In this document: positions 21,134 to 32,388 of the stretch, piece by piece
How the letters are laid out: each line of letters opens with the position of its first letter
Numbering within the stretch: position 1 is the first letter of the stretch
Source: Nostoc sp. DedSLP01
GTDB lineage: Bacteria; Cyanobacteriota; Cyanobacteriia; Cyanobacteriales; Nostocaceae
Direction of reading: 5' to 3'
DNA length: 64,000 nucleotides
Assembly (NCBI GenBank): GCA_034530875.2
Contig: JAVRCJ020000003.1
Location: forward strand, 1-64,000
The notes under the pieces: generated by a model
Told to the model about the DNA's origin: nothing
Seen by the model: the letters and a program-made list of their open reading frames with translations, nothing else
Databases searched by the model: none
Program-made: the position numbers and the translations under genes

Positions 21134-24106
21134 CTACTTACTTTTGATAGTAGATGCTTGTGGTGGATACTGCTGCAATACGTGTTGTAAATATTGCCCA
21201 GTATAAGATTTAGGATTTGCTGCAACTTCCTCGGGTGTCCCCACAGCAATCAATTCTCCGCCTTTATCGCCACCTTCTGGCCCCAAATCTATTACCCAAT
21301 CAGCACAACGAATCACATCTAAATTGTGTTCGATAACTAAAATTGAATTGCCTTTATCCACTAGTCTTTGCAATACATCTAATAATTTATGCACATCGTA
21401 AAAAGATAACCCTGTTGTTGGTTCATCTATTAAATAAAGCGTCTTACCTGTGGCACGGCGAGATAATTCTGTGGCTAATTTTACCCGCTGTGCTTCACCA
21501 CCAGATAAAGTAGTCGCAGGTTGTCCCAATTGAATATAACCCAAGCCGACATCAAATAAAGTTTGCAAGCGGGCGATCGCTTTGGGAATATTTTGGAAAA
21601 AATCTAAACTTTCTTCAATAGTCATGTTGAGAACATCAGAAATAGATTTGTCTTTGTACTTCACCTGCAATGTTTCGCGATTGTATCTTGCACCTTTACA
21701 AATTTCGCATTGCACGTAAACATCAGGGAGAAAGTTCATTTCAATTACATTCACACCCTGTCCGCTACAAGCTTCGCAACGTCCGCCTTTAACGTTGAAA
21801 GAAAATTGTCCGGGTTTGTAACCTCTAGCTTTGGCTTCTACTGTTTGTGAAAATACATCCCGAATAGCATCGAAAATTCCCGTGTAAGTTGCAGGATTAG
21901 AACGTGGCGTGCGTCCAATGGGGGATTGATCGATGACAATCGCTTTATCAATTGCATTTAATCCTTGAATTTTATCTAAGTCTTTCGGTAAGGGAACTTT
22001 CTTAGTTAAATGATGTTGTAATGATGGATAAAGTAACTCATTAATTAAGGTAGATTTTCCAGAACCAGATACGCCAGTAACAGCTACAAGCTTCCCTAAT
22101 GGAATTTCTACATCGATATTTCTTAAATTGTTGCGATGGGCATTTTGAATTATTAAACTGCGCCCATTTCCTTCTCGGCGTTCTGCTGGCGTGTGAATTA
22201 CTCGCCGTCCTGATAAATAAGCACCCGTCAAGGAATCTTCTGCTGCTAATAATGCCTCTAAATCACCTTGAGCGATAATACTTCCGCCGTGAATTCCTGC
22301 ACCAGGCCCGATATCTACTATATAGTTGGCTGCACGAATTGTTTCTTCATCGTGTTCGACGACAATTAAAGTATTACCTAAATCGCGCAATTTCGTTAAA
22401 GTTTTCAGCAATCTGCCATTATCGCGTTGATGCAAACCAATACTTGGTTCGTCTAAAACGTAGAGAACTCCTGTTAAACCAGAACCAATTTGTGTTGCTA
22501 AACGAATGCGTTGCGCTTCGCCACCAGAAAGCGTCATTGCTGGACGGTCTAGGGTGAGGTAATCTAAACCGACATCTAACAAAAATTGCAATCTGGCTTT
22601 AATTTCTCTAAGTACTAAATCGGCAATTTGCAACTGGCGATCGCTCAGCTTAAATCGCTCGATTCTTTCCCGACAATCTCGAATCGATACGCTAGTTAAA
22701 TCTAAAATTCCATATTGTCCTAACTTCACCGACAAAGCTTCTGGTTTTAATCTTTTACCATTACAAACTTCACACGGCTGGTCGATTAAATACTGCTCTA
22801 ATTTTTGCTTAATTAACTCCGTTCCACCCTCATATTGCCGTTGCAAAATTGGCACAATACCTTTAAAAATTTGTTTTTTCTCTGTTTTTGTATTTCCTTC
22901 TTTTTCTCCATACAAAAGAGTCTGCTGCTGTTCTTCTGTCAGCTTGCTCCAATTTGTTTGTAATTCAAATCCATAAGCTTGCCCTACACTGTAGAGCAAT
23001 TCCAAATAATAAGAATTATCCTTTTCTGACCAAGGAGCGATCGCAGCATAAACTGGGGCTTCCGGGTCGGGTACAATCAAATCTGGCGCAAATCTCCTTA
23101 AAGTCCCGATTCCATGACAGTTGGGACAAGCACCGTAAGGCGAATTAAACGAGAACAATCGCGGCGATAATTCCTCCATTACCGCGCCGTGTTCCGGACA
23201 AGCAAAATTTTCCGAAAATACTAATTCTTCTTCTGAGTTAGACCCCCCGCCTTCGGCACCCCCCCTTGCCAAGGGGGGTTCCTTAGATGAGTCATGACTA
23301 ACAACGATGGTTGCAATGCCACCGGATTGTTTTAAGCACGTAGATAAAGAATCGACCAAACGCTCTTGGATACCATCTTTTTTCACCAAGCGGTCAATTA
23401 CTACTTCGATAGTATGTGTTAAATTTTTATCCAAATCAATAGAATCTGACAGTTCGCGCACCTCGCCATCGACACGCACGCGCACAAAACCTTGAGACGC
23501 TAGACTTGACAAAAGCTTACGGTGCGTGCCTTTTTTACCCCTGACTACAGGTGCAAGAATTTGGAAACGGGTGCGGTCTGGTAATTCGAGAATGCGATCG
23601 CACATTTCATCAATTGTCTGGGGTGCAATACAGCGATCGCAAATCGGACAATGGGGTTCGCCAGCCCGACCAAACAACAGCCGCAAATAGTCATAAATCT
23701 CCGTCACCGTACCCACAGTGGAACGCGGGTTATGAGAAGTTGACTTTTGGTCAATGGAAATCGCCGGACTTAAGCCTTCAATCGCTTCTACATCCGGCTT
23801 ATCCAGCTGTCCTAAAAATTGCCTAGCGTAGGCGCTGAGGGATTCTACATAGCGACGCTGCCCTTCAGCGAAAATCGTATCAAACGCTAAAGAAGACTTA
23901 CCAGAACCAGAAACGCCAGTAAATACAATTAAGCGATCGCGTGGCAATTCTAAATCAATATTTTTCAGATTATGCTGCCTAGCACCCCGAATCCGAATGG
24001 TATTCTGGCTATTGTGCGAGGGAAAATGTCCGTTCAACAGAGAAGCCTGGGCATTAGCTGGCTCTGAACCGAACTTCGGGGATGCTGTGAGCTGTGGGTC
24101 TGACAT
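21134..24106 (-). CDS. uvrA: Excinuclease ABC subunit A
   Basis: Two Walker A GVSGSGKS, two LSGGEAQR, Zn-finger CxxC pairs; ATG 24106 (MSDPQ) preferred. Confidence 0.97.
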   Translation of the reverse strand: MSDPQLTASPKFGSEPANAQASLLNGHFPSHNSQNTIRIRGARQHNLKNIDLELPRDRLIVFTGVSGSGKSSLAFDTIFAEGQRRYVESLSAYARQFLGQLDKPDVEAIEGLSPAISIDQKSTSHNPRSTVGTVTEIYDYLRLLFGRAGEPHCPICDRCIAPQTIDEMCDRILELPDRTRFQILAPVVRGKKGTHRKLLSSLASQGFVRVRVDGEVRELSDSIDLDKNLTHTIEVVIDRLVKKDGIQERLVDSLSTCLKQSGGIATIVVSHDSSKEPPLARGGAEGGGSNSEEELVFSENFACPEHGAVMEELSPRLFSFNSPYGACPNCHGIGTLRRFAPDLIVPDPEAPVYAAIAPWSEKDNSYYLELLYSVGQAYGFELQTNWSKLTEEQQQTLLYGEKEGNTKTEKKQIFKGIVPILQRQYEGGTELIKQKLEQYLIDQPCEVCNGKRLKPEALSVKLGQYGILDLTSVSIRDCRERIERFKLSDRQLQIADLVLREIKARLQFLLDVGLDYLTLDRPAMTLSGGEAQRIRLATQIGSGLTGVLYVLDEPSIGLHQRDNGRLLKTLTKLRDLGNTLIVVEHDEETIRAANYIVDIGPGAGIHGGSIIAQGDLEALLAAEDSLTGAYLSGRRVIHTPAERREGNGRSLIIQNAHRNNLRNIDVEIPLGKLVAVTGVSGSGKSTLINELLYPSLQHHLTKKVPLPKDLDKIQGLNAIDKAIVIDQSPIGRTPRSNPATYTGIFDAIRDVFSQTVEAKARGYKPGQFSFNVKGGRCEACSGQGVNVIEMNFLPDVYVQCEICKGARYNRETLQVKYKDKSISDVLNMTIEESLDFFQNIPKAIARLQTLFDVGLGYIQLGQPATTLSGGEAQRVKLATELSRRATGKTLYLIDEPTTGLSFYDVHKLLDVLQRLVDKGNSILVIEHNLDVIRCADWVIDLGPEGGDKGGELIAVGTPEEVAANPKSYTGQYLQHVLQQYPPQASTIKSK

Positions 24107-24175
24107 ATTGGGCCGCAAAAAAGGAGTTTCTTATGAAACAGTCCTTAATAATACTATCTTTAACTAGTTTACAGT

Positions 24176-24189
24176 AGAACAATAGTACT
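24176..24189 (-). promoter_or_regulatory. Cyanobacterial LexA box upstream of uvrA
   Basis: Minus strand AGTAC-TATT-GTTCT fits RGTAC-N3-D-GTWCB, 70 bp upstream of the start. Confidence 0.8.
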
Positions 24190-24216
24190 GTTTTAAATAC
24201 TTATTGGGCATAGGAA

Positions 24217-24283
24217 GAGGCAGTCCCAATGAAACAAGTTTCACAAGCCTTGAATGAAAGTGTCTTTCTTCCCCTGCCTCCCT
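24217..24283. repeat. Small dispersed repeat, copy 2
   Basis: First 27 nt identical to 15416-15442. Confidence 0.8.
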
Positions 24284-24340
24284 CCGCCCAAAGCTCTTTT
24301 TCTAGCTAGAGGGGCAGAGGGGGCAGGGTGCAGGGAAAAA

Positions 24341-24377
24341 CTAATGACCAATGACTAATGACTAATGACTAATGACA
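24341..24377. repeat. STRR heptamer (CTAATGA/CCAATGA) array
   Basis: About five tandem units. Confidence 0.85.
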
Positions 24378-24387
24378 ATTACCAAAT

Positions 24388-25929
24388 TTAACGCAAACAA
24401 CGAATTGCTTCTAACAGACCTCTAGCTTTATTTAGTGTCTCTTCGTATTCTTTTTCAGGTTGGGAATCAGCTACCAAACCAGCGCCAGCTTGCACGCTGA
24501 CGGTGCGATCGTGCACAACCATTGTGCGAATTGCGATCGCAGTATTTAATTGTCCTTCAAAATCATAATATCCGTAAACACCGGAATAAACACCACGGCG
24601 ACTAGGCTCTAACTCGTGGATAATTTCCATTGCTCTAATTTTGGGCGCGCCGCTGACTGTACCGGCTGGAAAACAGGCTTTGAGTAAATCCCATGCTGTT
24701 TTATCAAGTGCTAATTTACCGACAACATTGCTAACAATGTGCATTACATGGGAGTAGCGTTCAACTACCATTAATTCATCAACTTTGACGCTACCACTTT
24801 GACAGACACGCCCTAAATCGTTTCGTCCTAAATCGACAAGCATCACATGTTCGGCAATCTCTTTAGGATCTTGGAGTAAATCTTCAGCAAAAGCTGTATC
24901 TTCTTGGCTGGTTTTACCCCGCGGACGGGTTCCTGCAATTGGACGTACAGTTGCGATCGCTCCACCATTTGGATCGGTTTCGGCTTTTACCATCACTTCG
25001 GGACTGGAACCGATGATTTGCCAATTTTGGAAGTGAAAATAAGCCATGTAAGGCGAAGGATTTATCTGACGTAGAGAACGGTAAAGAGCAAAGGGGTCGC
25101 CTGCGTATGTTGTTGATAATCGCTGGGAAATAACTACTTGAAAGATGTCACCAGCTTTAATGTATTCTTTTGCTTTTTGGACGCTTGCACAAAAATCAGA
25201 GCGAGTAAAGTTACTCTGATACTCCTCTGCTCCCTTGCCTCCCGGTTCCCCTGCTCCTCTGCTTCCTGGCGATTTCCATTCCAGCCGAGTTTTTTCTGGC
25301 GATAGGGGGAGAGATAGCTTTTCGAGCATTTGGGTAACGCGATCGCAAGCTTTTTGATATGCTGCCTGTAAAGACGTTAGATCTAACGTCTCTACATTGC
25401 GTAAATCAGCGTATGCTACTGCCCAAATTTTTCGCTTCACCTGGTCAAAAATCAACAGGTGGTCTACCTGCATCCACAATCCATCGGGGATATTTCGCTC
25501 ATCTGGCGGGTGAATTGGTACGCGGGGTTCGATCCAGCGAATTAATTCATAGCCCCAAAACCCAAACAAACCACCAATTCCTGGCGGTAGCTGTGGTAAT
25601 TTCACTGGGTGATAAGGCTCTAGGCATTGAGCTAAAGCTGTAAAAGGGTCGCCTGCAAAAATTATCTGGGAGCCATCGCGGTTGATTTGAGTCGTGCGAT
25701 CGCCCCTTGCTTCCAAAACCCATACCGGATCGCAACCCACTAAACTATAACGTCCGAGTTTTTCTCCACCTTCTATGGATTCCAACAAAAAGCTATAAGG
25801 CTGACCTGCACAGACTTTATACCAAGCAGATACTGGCGTATCTAAGTCTGCTACCCATTCCTGATATACAGGAACAAAATTGCCTTGTACAGCTAGCTGA
25901 GAAAATTCAGAAAAATCGGGAAATACCAT
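24388..25929 (-). CDS. trpE: Anthranilate synthase component I
   Basis: SFLLES, GDIFQVV, NPSPYM, GSSPE, PIAGTRPRG, EHVMLVDLGRND, SGAPKIRAM; true start MVFPDF (the ORF-track extension is translated STRR). Confidence 0.93.
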   Translation of the reverse strand: MVFPDFSEFSQLAVQGNFVPVYQEWVADLDTPVSAWYKVCAGQPYSFLLESIEGGEKLGRYSLVGCDPVWVLEARGDRTTQINRDGSQIIFAGDPFTALAQCLEPYHPVKLPQLPPGIGGLFGFWGYELIRWIEPRVPIHPPDERNIPDGLWMQVDHLLIFDQVKRKIWAVAYADLRNVETLDLTSLQAAYQKACDRVTQMLEKLSLPLSPEKTRLEWKSPGSRGAGEPGGKGAEEYQSNFTRSDFCASVQKAKEYIKAGDIFQVVISQRLSTTYAGDPFALYRSLRQINPSPYMAYFHFQNWQIIGSSPEVMVKAETDPNGGAIATVRPIAGTRPRGKTSQEDTAFAEDLLQDPKEIAEHVMLVDLGRNDLGRVCQSGSVKVDELMVVERYSHVMHIVSNVVGKLALDKTAWDLLKACFPAGTVSGAPKIRAMEIIHELEPSRRGVYSGVYGYYDFEGQLNTAIAIRTMVVHDRTVSVQAGAGLVADSQPEKEYEETLNKARGLLEAIRCLR

Positions 25930-25936
25930 AAATAGC

Positions 25937-26095
25937 TTGGGGTTTGGGATTGGGGACTGGGGACTGGGGACTGGGGACTGGGGACTGGGGAATGGGGACT
26001 GGGTATGGGGCATAGGGCATTGGTTATTCCCCTTATCTCCCTATCTTCCCATCTCCCTATCTCCCCATCTCCCTATCTCCCCATTCCCCAATACC
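25937..26095. repeat. STRR tracts between psaD and trpE
   Basis: (GGGGACT)n, GGGCAT units and (TCCCCATC/TCCCTATC)n. Confidence 0.9.
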
Positions 26096-26108
26096 CAGTA
26101 ACTAATCC

Positions 26109-26528
26109 CTATGCATCATAGGTGGCTGTACCGCTGAACTTGAGCTGTGCAGGGTTGGGGTTTTGTCCGATGCTGCGTGCGACGAAACGTACTTTTTCAC
26201 GGCCTTCATTCACTTTTTCGGGGAAGACACCATCAGCTGGGTGAATAAAAGTAGTTTCTCCGTTGGGAAAAATCCGGTAAATTTTGTAGTCTGTAATCTT
26301 GAATTTCCGGAGTTGACCGCCCAAAGCGATGGCTTGTTCTTTGCGAGCCAAGTACAGCAGGTTTTCACCTTTTACCGCAGTGGCAGCGCCACCTGTGGGC
26401 AATTCAAATACTTGGTCTTTGGGGCTAGTCCAAGTAATAGCGTACTTTTCTTCCACTTCTGCTTTTCTTAGCAAGCCGCCAGTGTTGCCAGCAAATCGTG
26501 GTGTTTGTCCAGAGAGTGTTTCTGCCAT
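26109..26528 (-). CDS. psaD: Photosystem I subunit II
   Basis: [48 protein letters not shown]. Confidence 0.97.
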   Translation of the reverse strand: MAETLSGQTPRFAGNTGGLLRKAEVEEKYAITWTSPKDQVFELPTGGAATAVKGENLLYLARKEQAIALGGQLRKFKITDYKIYRIFPNGETTFIHPADGVFPEKVNEGREKVRFVARSIGQNPNPAQLKFSGTATYDA

Positions 26529-26690
26529 AAAGTGTGCTCTCAACGTTTTTAGGGCATACTAACATCGTAACTAGGATCGTATTGCAATCGCGTCATAGAC
26601 TGTAACAGTTTTTAGTCATTGGTCATTGGTCATTAGTTTTTCCCTGCCCCCTCTGCTCCTCTGCCCCTACACTTCCCCATCTCCCCATAC

Positions 26691-28700
26691 CTATTTACTC
26701 TTGACTTTTGCCCGCTTTTCCTCTTGGGTACTTTGAACAATTGGGATGGTGAAGTGGAACTGACTACCCTGGTCTTTGCCTGCTGACTTCGCCCAAATTT
26801 GCCCACCCCAGCCATTGACAATTTGACGACAAATTGCTAGTCCAATTCCAGTACCACCAGTGGTACGTCGCAGCGCTCCTTCTTCTTGATAGAAGCGGTC
26901 AAAAACGACTTCTAAGCGGTTCGGTTCAATGCCACGTCCTGTATCAGCTACAGTAACTTCAACCATTTGATGGGTGTTGCGAATCGCCCTGATGCTGATT
27001 TCTCCTTGGGATGGCGTAAATTTACAAGCGTTGTCAATGAGTTTTGCTAGTACTTCTACCAGCCAATCACCATCAGCCCTGACTAGGGGTAGATTTTCGG
27101 GAATTTCGGTTTTGATTTGGGGTGGTTTTTCTGTTGAGGAACGGGTGCGAATGCGGCTGAGTGCTAAATCTACACACTCTTGTAAAGTCAGGGATTCTGG
27201 ATGCCATTCCACGCGACCGCTTTCTAAGTTGGAAAGTGTGAGAAAATCTTGCACGAGTTTCCGCATTCGTTCTGAGTCGGCAAGAGCAGTACTAAGCATC
27301 ACTTGTTGCAATTCCAAGGGCATATCTGGCTCGCTAGCCAGACTTTCTAAGCACACTTGAATGGTGGAGAGGGGAGTACGCAGTTCGTGCCCGGTAATGG
27401 CTATGAGGTTGCTGCGGGTGCGGTCTAAAGCTTCTAGCTGCTGATTGAATTCTTCTAGGTTAGCGTAAGCTTCGGCTTGGATGAGGGCTGCTCCCACTTG
27501 GGTGGCGATCGCTTTCACTAAATCTAATTCCCCTGGTTGGCACTCGTGCGGCGGCATTTTGCAGTAGTGTAACTCCACGATCCCTAGCAATCGTCCTTGA
27601 TAAAAAACTGGTTCCATCAACCAAGAACGAATGGCGAACTTTTTGGCAATCAACGAAAGTCCCGCAAAATTAGTCACGCGAGGGTCGCTAAGCGTATCGC
27701 TAATACAAACACCTTCGCCTTGTTGCACGATGTCCCGAAATAAAGGATTTTTCTCTAATTCCCAGGTTTGCCCGCGAATAGATAAAACACCAGCCGTCAA
27801 AAATTCATGTTCGATGATTGCTTGGCTATCTGTAGCTTGGGCGCGGTAAATTAGACAGCGACAAGCATTGAGGTGTTGTCCTAATTCTTGTGCTGCTATT
27901 TGCAGAACTTCGTGAGGATCGAGCGATCGCCGAATCGCAGTACTAATGGTATTGACTAATCGCTCTTTTCGTGCTTGGGCAGTAATTGAACGGTAAGCTT
28001 TATGCAATTTGTACTGACTAGCTTGTAAGTAAGTTACTAAGCGTTGCACAAAGGGATCTGTGTCAATGTCACAAGCATATTCGCTGAGCTGTTCTGCTCC
28101 AAAGTAGGTTCTGCTTTGTCCAATGCCAAATCTCTGACGTGCCTGCTCAATTTTGCTTGCCAGTTCTGGTCTATAGACTAAAATCCTATCTAACAACAAT
28201 TCGGCAGCTTTGAGGCTAACTCCCCTTTCTGATGTCCAAACACCCTCAAACCTTCGTGCTGTATCCATATCCAGACTGGGGGTATGGTCTGGTAGTTGCT
28301 GGTTTTTAGTAATAGAACCAAGATTTTCCCGGCAAACCAAACAAGTCGCGTAACTATCAGCAATTACAACCAGATGCCACTCGTGGCTTAAGCCATCTTC
28401 TGGTTCAAAAGCTACCTTTTCGTAGTGTTCCGAACTGTTAACAAAATCAGTTTCCGGAGCTGACAATACGTATATTTGATTACTTCGCAAGGCAAGCCTC
28501 TGGTAGCGATGAGCTTCTTGGCGGTAGAATCGCTCTCGCTGAAAACTAGCAATTACAAGGGGTTGAGCTAAAGTCGCAGCCAGAACTTGATCTTCCATTG
28601 CGTGGGAGAGTGCCGTTAATGAAGCCTTAAAATATAGCTGGGGCCGCAAGTACGGTAAGGACTTTAGGAGATCGCTCAGCACAGAAGTCGAAATGCTCAT
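26691..28700 (-). CDS. DICT-GAF-HisKA-HATPase sensor histidine kinase
   Basis: DICT SLTALSHAMED/ASFQ/EWHLVV; H-box GHELRTPL; DNACKF; GGTGIGLAI. Confidence 0.9.
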   Translation of the reverse strand: MSISTSVLSDLLKSLPYLRPQLYFKASLTALSHAMEDQVLAATLAQPLVIASFQRERFYRQEAHRYQRLALRSNQIYVLSAPETDFVNSSEHYEKVAFEPEDGLSHEWHLVVIADSYATCLVCRENLGSITKNQQLPDHTPSLDMDTARRFEGVWTSERGVSLKAAELLLDRILVYRPELASKIEQARQRFGIGQSRTYFGAEQLSEYACDIDTDPFVQRLVTYLQASQYKLHKAYRSITAQARKERLVNTISTAIRRSLDPHEVLQIAAQELGQHLNACRCLIYRAQATDSQAIIEHEFLTAGVLSIRGQTWELEKNPLFRDIVQQGEGVCISDTLSDPRVTNFAGLSLIAKKFAIRSWLMEPVFYQGRLLGIVELHYCKMPPHECQPGELDLVKAIATQVGAALIQAEAYANLEEFNQQLEALDRTRSNLIAITGHELRTPLSTIQVCLESLASEPDMPLELQQVMLSTALADSERMRKLVQDFLTLSNLESGRVEWHPESLTLQECVDLALSRIRTRSSTEKPPQIKTEIPENLPLVRADGDWLVEVLAKLIDNACKFTPSQGEISIRAIRNTHQMVEVTVADTGRGIEPNRLEVVFDRFYQEEGALRRTTGGTGIGLAICRQIVNGWGGQIWAKSAGKDQGSQFHFTIPIVQSTQEEKRAKVKSK

Positions 28701-29276
28701 GAATTATCGTTAAACGCCCAATCTCAACAAGATCCACGTCACAGCTGCATTGTACAAATTCCAAAGGACTCTCAAGTTAAATAGACAGTTTCAATATGTA
28801 AAGAACGCTAAAATGCACTTTTTGCTCGGGTAAATGCAACACTTTGTTACCTATTAGCAGGAGTCGGTACAACTAGCTAGCTTCATTTACAAAATTTCAA
28901 AGTCTTGAGTAGGAAATAGAGCAATAGTGGCAATGCATTCGTCTTTCTCACCTTAGTGTGGCGTAGTCATTGGTCATATCGCTTTATTCTTAACTCAAGT
29001 CTTTTTATCCATTGGCTGACATTGTGATTTTTAAATAATAAACCACTAAGCCCAATATACATTCTCGATCGCCTTTGTCATCACCGAACAAGCTAAAAGT
29101 CAAAAATTAAAATACGAACCACTGTGCTAGATTACTGCTTTTTTGGGGCGATCGCCTCTCGAAACTTTGAAATTTTCTTACCTACTTTCCTCTTTTAGGA
29201 TGTATTGCACCTAATGGATAACAGCTATAAATAATACGATCGCAAAAATATAGACTTGTACGCGGAACTTTGGCTA

Positions 29277-31568
29277 ATGACTCCAGACACACTCATAACC
29301 CCGGAAAAAATTTTAGTAGATGGTAAAACTTTTATTGCTGCCGATCGATTACCTATCCCAGAGTGGCCTAGTGTTGTCAGTGAAAAGCCACAGCCGACAC
29401 TAACTGTTAAAGATGACGATTTATTTTTGGTCACAGATACTATGGGGAACATTTCTGGCTGTTCCCTGAATGAGGCAAATCCCAGCATGGGGCTGTTTTG
29501 CTGCGATACGCGATTTCTCAATCGCTTAGAGTTGCAAATTGAAGGGCGATCGCCTGTACTCTTAAGTAGTAGTGCCGAAAAAGGCTTTTTCATCTCCGTT
29601 TTGTGTACCAACCCCAAAATCGACGAAGGCTTGAAAGCCGACACAATAGGAATTCGTCGGGAAATGGTACTAAATGGCGCACTATTTGAAGAAATAGAAG
29701 TATCTAACTACAGCACAACCACCATCAGTTTTGAACTCAGCATCAGCTTTGATGCGGATTTTGTTGATTTGTTTGAAGTCCGGGGTTACGGCAGAGACAA
29801 ACAAGGTAGGCTTTTACGCCTAGTGGAACCAACAGCTGAAGAAGGAACATTTTCTCTGGTGCATAGTGTTTCACCTCTACCCAAGGAGTCATCCGCTTTT
29901 AGGGAAGAATCTTTAACCCTTGCCTATCAAGGTCTGGATAATTCGGTGATGGAATCGCGTATTGTATTCCAGCATCGGCAACCAGACTATTTCAAAGGTT
30001 ATACTGCGGTTTGGCGGCTAGAGTTAGCTTCTCACGAAACCCAAAAGCTCGGCTACCGAGTCAATATGGTAACCAACAACAAATCAACTTCAACTGTCAG
30101 CGCCCCTGCCACCTTAGGACAAGCAAAAGCTGCGGAGTTGATGGAAGAACAATACTGGGTACAACAAATTACATGCATTCGCTCCGATAAAAGCATTTTC
30201 AATCGAGTCATTGAACGAGCCGAGCAAGATATGTATTTGTTGCGCCAGTCCTTTGGCAAGTATAAAACCGTTTCCGCCGGAGTACCGTGGTTTTCTACAT
30301 TGTTTGGGCGGGATTCGTTGATTACAGCTTCCCAAACTCTGATGTTAAATTCACAAATCGCCAAAGAAACCCTGATACTGCTTGCGACATACCAAGGTAA
30401 AACCGACGATGAATGGCGCGAGGAAGAACCGGGTAAGATTTTGCACGAGTTACGTTTGGGAGAAATGGCTCGGTGTCAAGAAATTCCTCATACCCCTTAC
30501 TACGGTACAGTTGATGCGACTCCCTTGTGGCTGATGCTATATGCCGATTATTATGCTTGGACTCACGACCAAGAACTTCTAGAGCAACTTTGGCCGAATG
30601 CTCTAGCAGCAATGGAGTGGATCGATCGCAATAGCCAACAAACCGGCTACCTCAGCTACTACTGTAAATCCAAACGCGGTCTTGCAAACCAAGGTTGGAA
30701 AGATTCTGGCGATTGTATTGTTGACCGTAAGGGAGAACTCGCCAACGGCCCCATCGCTTTATGTGAAGTGCAAGCTTACGTCTATGGAGCAAAAATGCGC
30801 CTAGCAGAAATAGCTAGAATGAAGAAGCGGCTTGATTTGGCAGACCGTTGGCAAGAAGAGGCCAAAAATCTCAAGGTGCGTTTTAATCGAGATTTTTGGA
30901 TGGAAGACGAGGATTTCTGCGCTTTGGCTTTGGATGGAAATGGCAAACGAGTCGATAGCATTACCTCAAACCCCGGTCATTGTCTGCATTTGGGCATCTT
31001 CACCCACGAAAAAGCCTACAGTGTAGCAGAACGCTTGCGGGCACCAGATATGTTTAATGGTTGGGGTATTCGCACCCTGAGTAGTTTGTCGCCAGCCTAC
31101 AATCCAATGGGCTATCACATAGGTTCGGTTTGGCCTCATGATAACTCTTTGATTGCAATGGGATTGCGATCGCTCGGTCTGATTGACCAAGCCCTGGAAA
31201 TTTTCCAAGGTTTATTCGACATGACTAGTCTGCAACCCTACCAACGTCCTCCAGAACTTTTCTGCGGCTACGAACGTAACGCTGATAATGCCCCCGTGCA
31301 GTATCCAGTCGCCTGCACCCCCCAAGCTTGGGCTACTGGTACTATCTTCCAATTACTGCAAATGATGGTTAACTTAGTACCTGATGCTCAAAACAACTGC
31401 TTGCGAATCATCGACCCGGCTTTACCAGAATCGATTAATCGCCTGTCATTTCATAATTTGCAAGTCGGTACTACAGTCCTCGATTTAGAATTCGAGCGTT
31501 CTGGTAGTACAACAGCTTGCCGCGTTGCTAAAAAACGCGGTAATCTGCGGGTAGTTATTGAAGCGTAG
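29277..31568 (+). CDS. Amylo-alpha-1,6-glucosidase (glycogen debranching enzyme family)
   Basis: AGVPWFSTLFGRDS, EEPGKILHE, YYGTVDAT, NQGWKDS, YHIGSVWPHD, PELFCG. Confidence 0.92.
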   Translation: MTPDTLITPEKILVDGKTFIAADRLPIPEWPSVVSEKPQPTLTVKDDDLFLVTDTMGNISGCSLNEANPSMGLFCCDTRFLNRLELQIEGRSPVLLSSSAEKGFFISVLCTNPKIDEGLKADTIGIRREMVLNGALFEEIEVSNYSTTTISFELSISFDADFVDLFEVRGYGRDKQGRLLRLVEPTAEEGTFSLVHSVSPLPKESSAFREESLTLAYQGLDNSVMESRIVFQHRQPDYFKGYTAVWRLELASHETQKLGYRVNMVTNNKSTSTVSAPATLGQAKAAELMEEQYWVQQITCIRSDKSIFNRVIERAEQDMYLLRQSFGKYKTVSAGVPWFSTLFGRDSLITASQTLMLNSQIAKETLILLATYQGKTDDEWREEEPGKILHELRLGEMARCQEIPHTPYYGTVDATPLWLMLYADYYAWTHDQELLEQLWPNALAAMEWIDRNSQQTGYLSYYCKSKRGLANQGWKDSGDCIVDRKGELANGPIALCEVQAYVYGAKMRLAEIARMKKRLDLADRWQEEAKNLKVRFNRDFWMEDEDFCALALDGNGKRVDSITSNPGHCLHLGIFTHEKAYSVAERLRAPDMFNGWGIRTLSSLSPAYNPMGYHIGSVWPHDNSLIAMGLRSLGLIDQALEIFQGLFDMTSLQPYQRPPELFCGYERNADNAPVQYPVACTPQAWATGTIFQLLQMMVNLVPDAQNNCLRIIDPALPESINRLSFHNLQVGTTVLDLEFERSGSTTACRVAKKRGNLRVVIEA

Positions 31569-31623
31569 GAAGGGAATAGGGAGTGGGGAGTGGGGAATTT
31601 ACTGCTCCCTATTTTATGGTGAG

Positions 31624-31654
31624 TGCGTAGGCGTAGCCCGTCGTAGACATCGCT
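31624..31654. repeat. Small dispersed hairpin repeat of the Nostoc SDR type
   Basis: TGCGTAGGCGTAGCCCGTCGTAGACATCGCT; recognised from memory, single copy in window. Confidence 0.55.
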
Positions 31655-31707
31655 TGCCAGCATAACCTGAAATTTAGCACCTGGGCTTCGCTCTAACCAA
31701 GGCAGTG

Positions 31708-32388
31708 TTAGCTTGCTTCATCGCCAGTGTGTAGAGTTCTCAAGAGCTGCTCTGTAAGCTCGATCGATTCACATACAGTATTTTGCGTCAGTTCTGTAGT
31801 TTTAAACCCATGAGCAATAGAATTACGTAATAAGAGTGCATTCATTAGTAACTGATACTCAGATTTTGAAATTACACCTTCAGTTGCTAATTGCTTGACT
31901 AAGTAGCGTGGATCGAATCTTTCTAAACTTAGCTCTTCCTTTTGGGCAATAAGTCTCAAAGTTGCTTCTACCAAAGACCAACAATATAAGATAGCTGATT
32001 CTGGATGTTGGATTGTAAGTTGCCTTGCTACTTCCAACTGTGATTCTATTTCATGTTCTTGAAGAGAACGCTCTGCTTTCAGAGAATACATTACATCCTC
32101 AGGGTTGGTCATTACTAATTCAAATCTCCAACCAGGATGTTTTTCTACCGCTTGAGCTAAATTACGTAAGTATTGATTAGAAGGAGAACTAAGTGAGGAG
32201 CGTGACTTGACTTCAATAACTACATTTTCTTCTCCTCGACGTACTATCATATCGGGACGATAGTTATTAAGGAACTCAGGCAAGTCTTCTGAATTCGGGC
32301 GAACAAAAACTTCGTAACCCTTTTGGCGATATTCCTCTGCTAGTTTCAACAATCGCTCTTTTTCTAAGTTCGCGCTTGAAGTTGTCAT
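31708..32388 (-). CDS. PD-(D/E)XK (REase_AHJR-like) domain fused to a HEPN-like domain
   Basis: RPDMIV..VIEVKS nuclease motif; C-terminal LRNSIAH (R-X4-H) at 31810-31827; ATG overlaps upstream TGA. Confidence 0.75.
   Translation of the reverse strand: MTTSSANLEKERLLKLAEEYRQKGYEVFVRPNSEDLPEFLNNYRPDMIVRRGEENVVIEVKSRSSLSSPSNQYLRNLAQAVEKHPGWRFELVMTNPEDVMYSLKAERSLQEHEIESQLEVARQLTIQHPESAILYCWSLVEATLRLIAQKEELSLERFDPRYLVKQLATEGVISKSEYQLLMNALLLRNSIAHGFKTTELTQNTVCESIELTEQLLRTLHTGDEAS

Noticed and set aside
25930..26013. 28-aa PSPQ-rich N-terminal extension of TrpE in the ORF track
   Set aside because: It is translated STRR heptamer DNA; homology starts at MVFPDF (25929)
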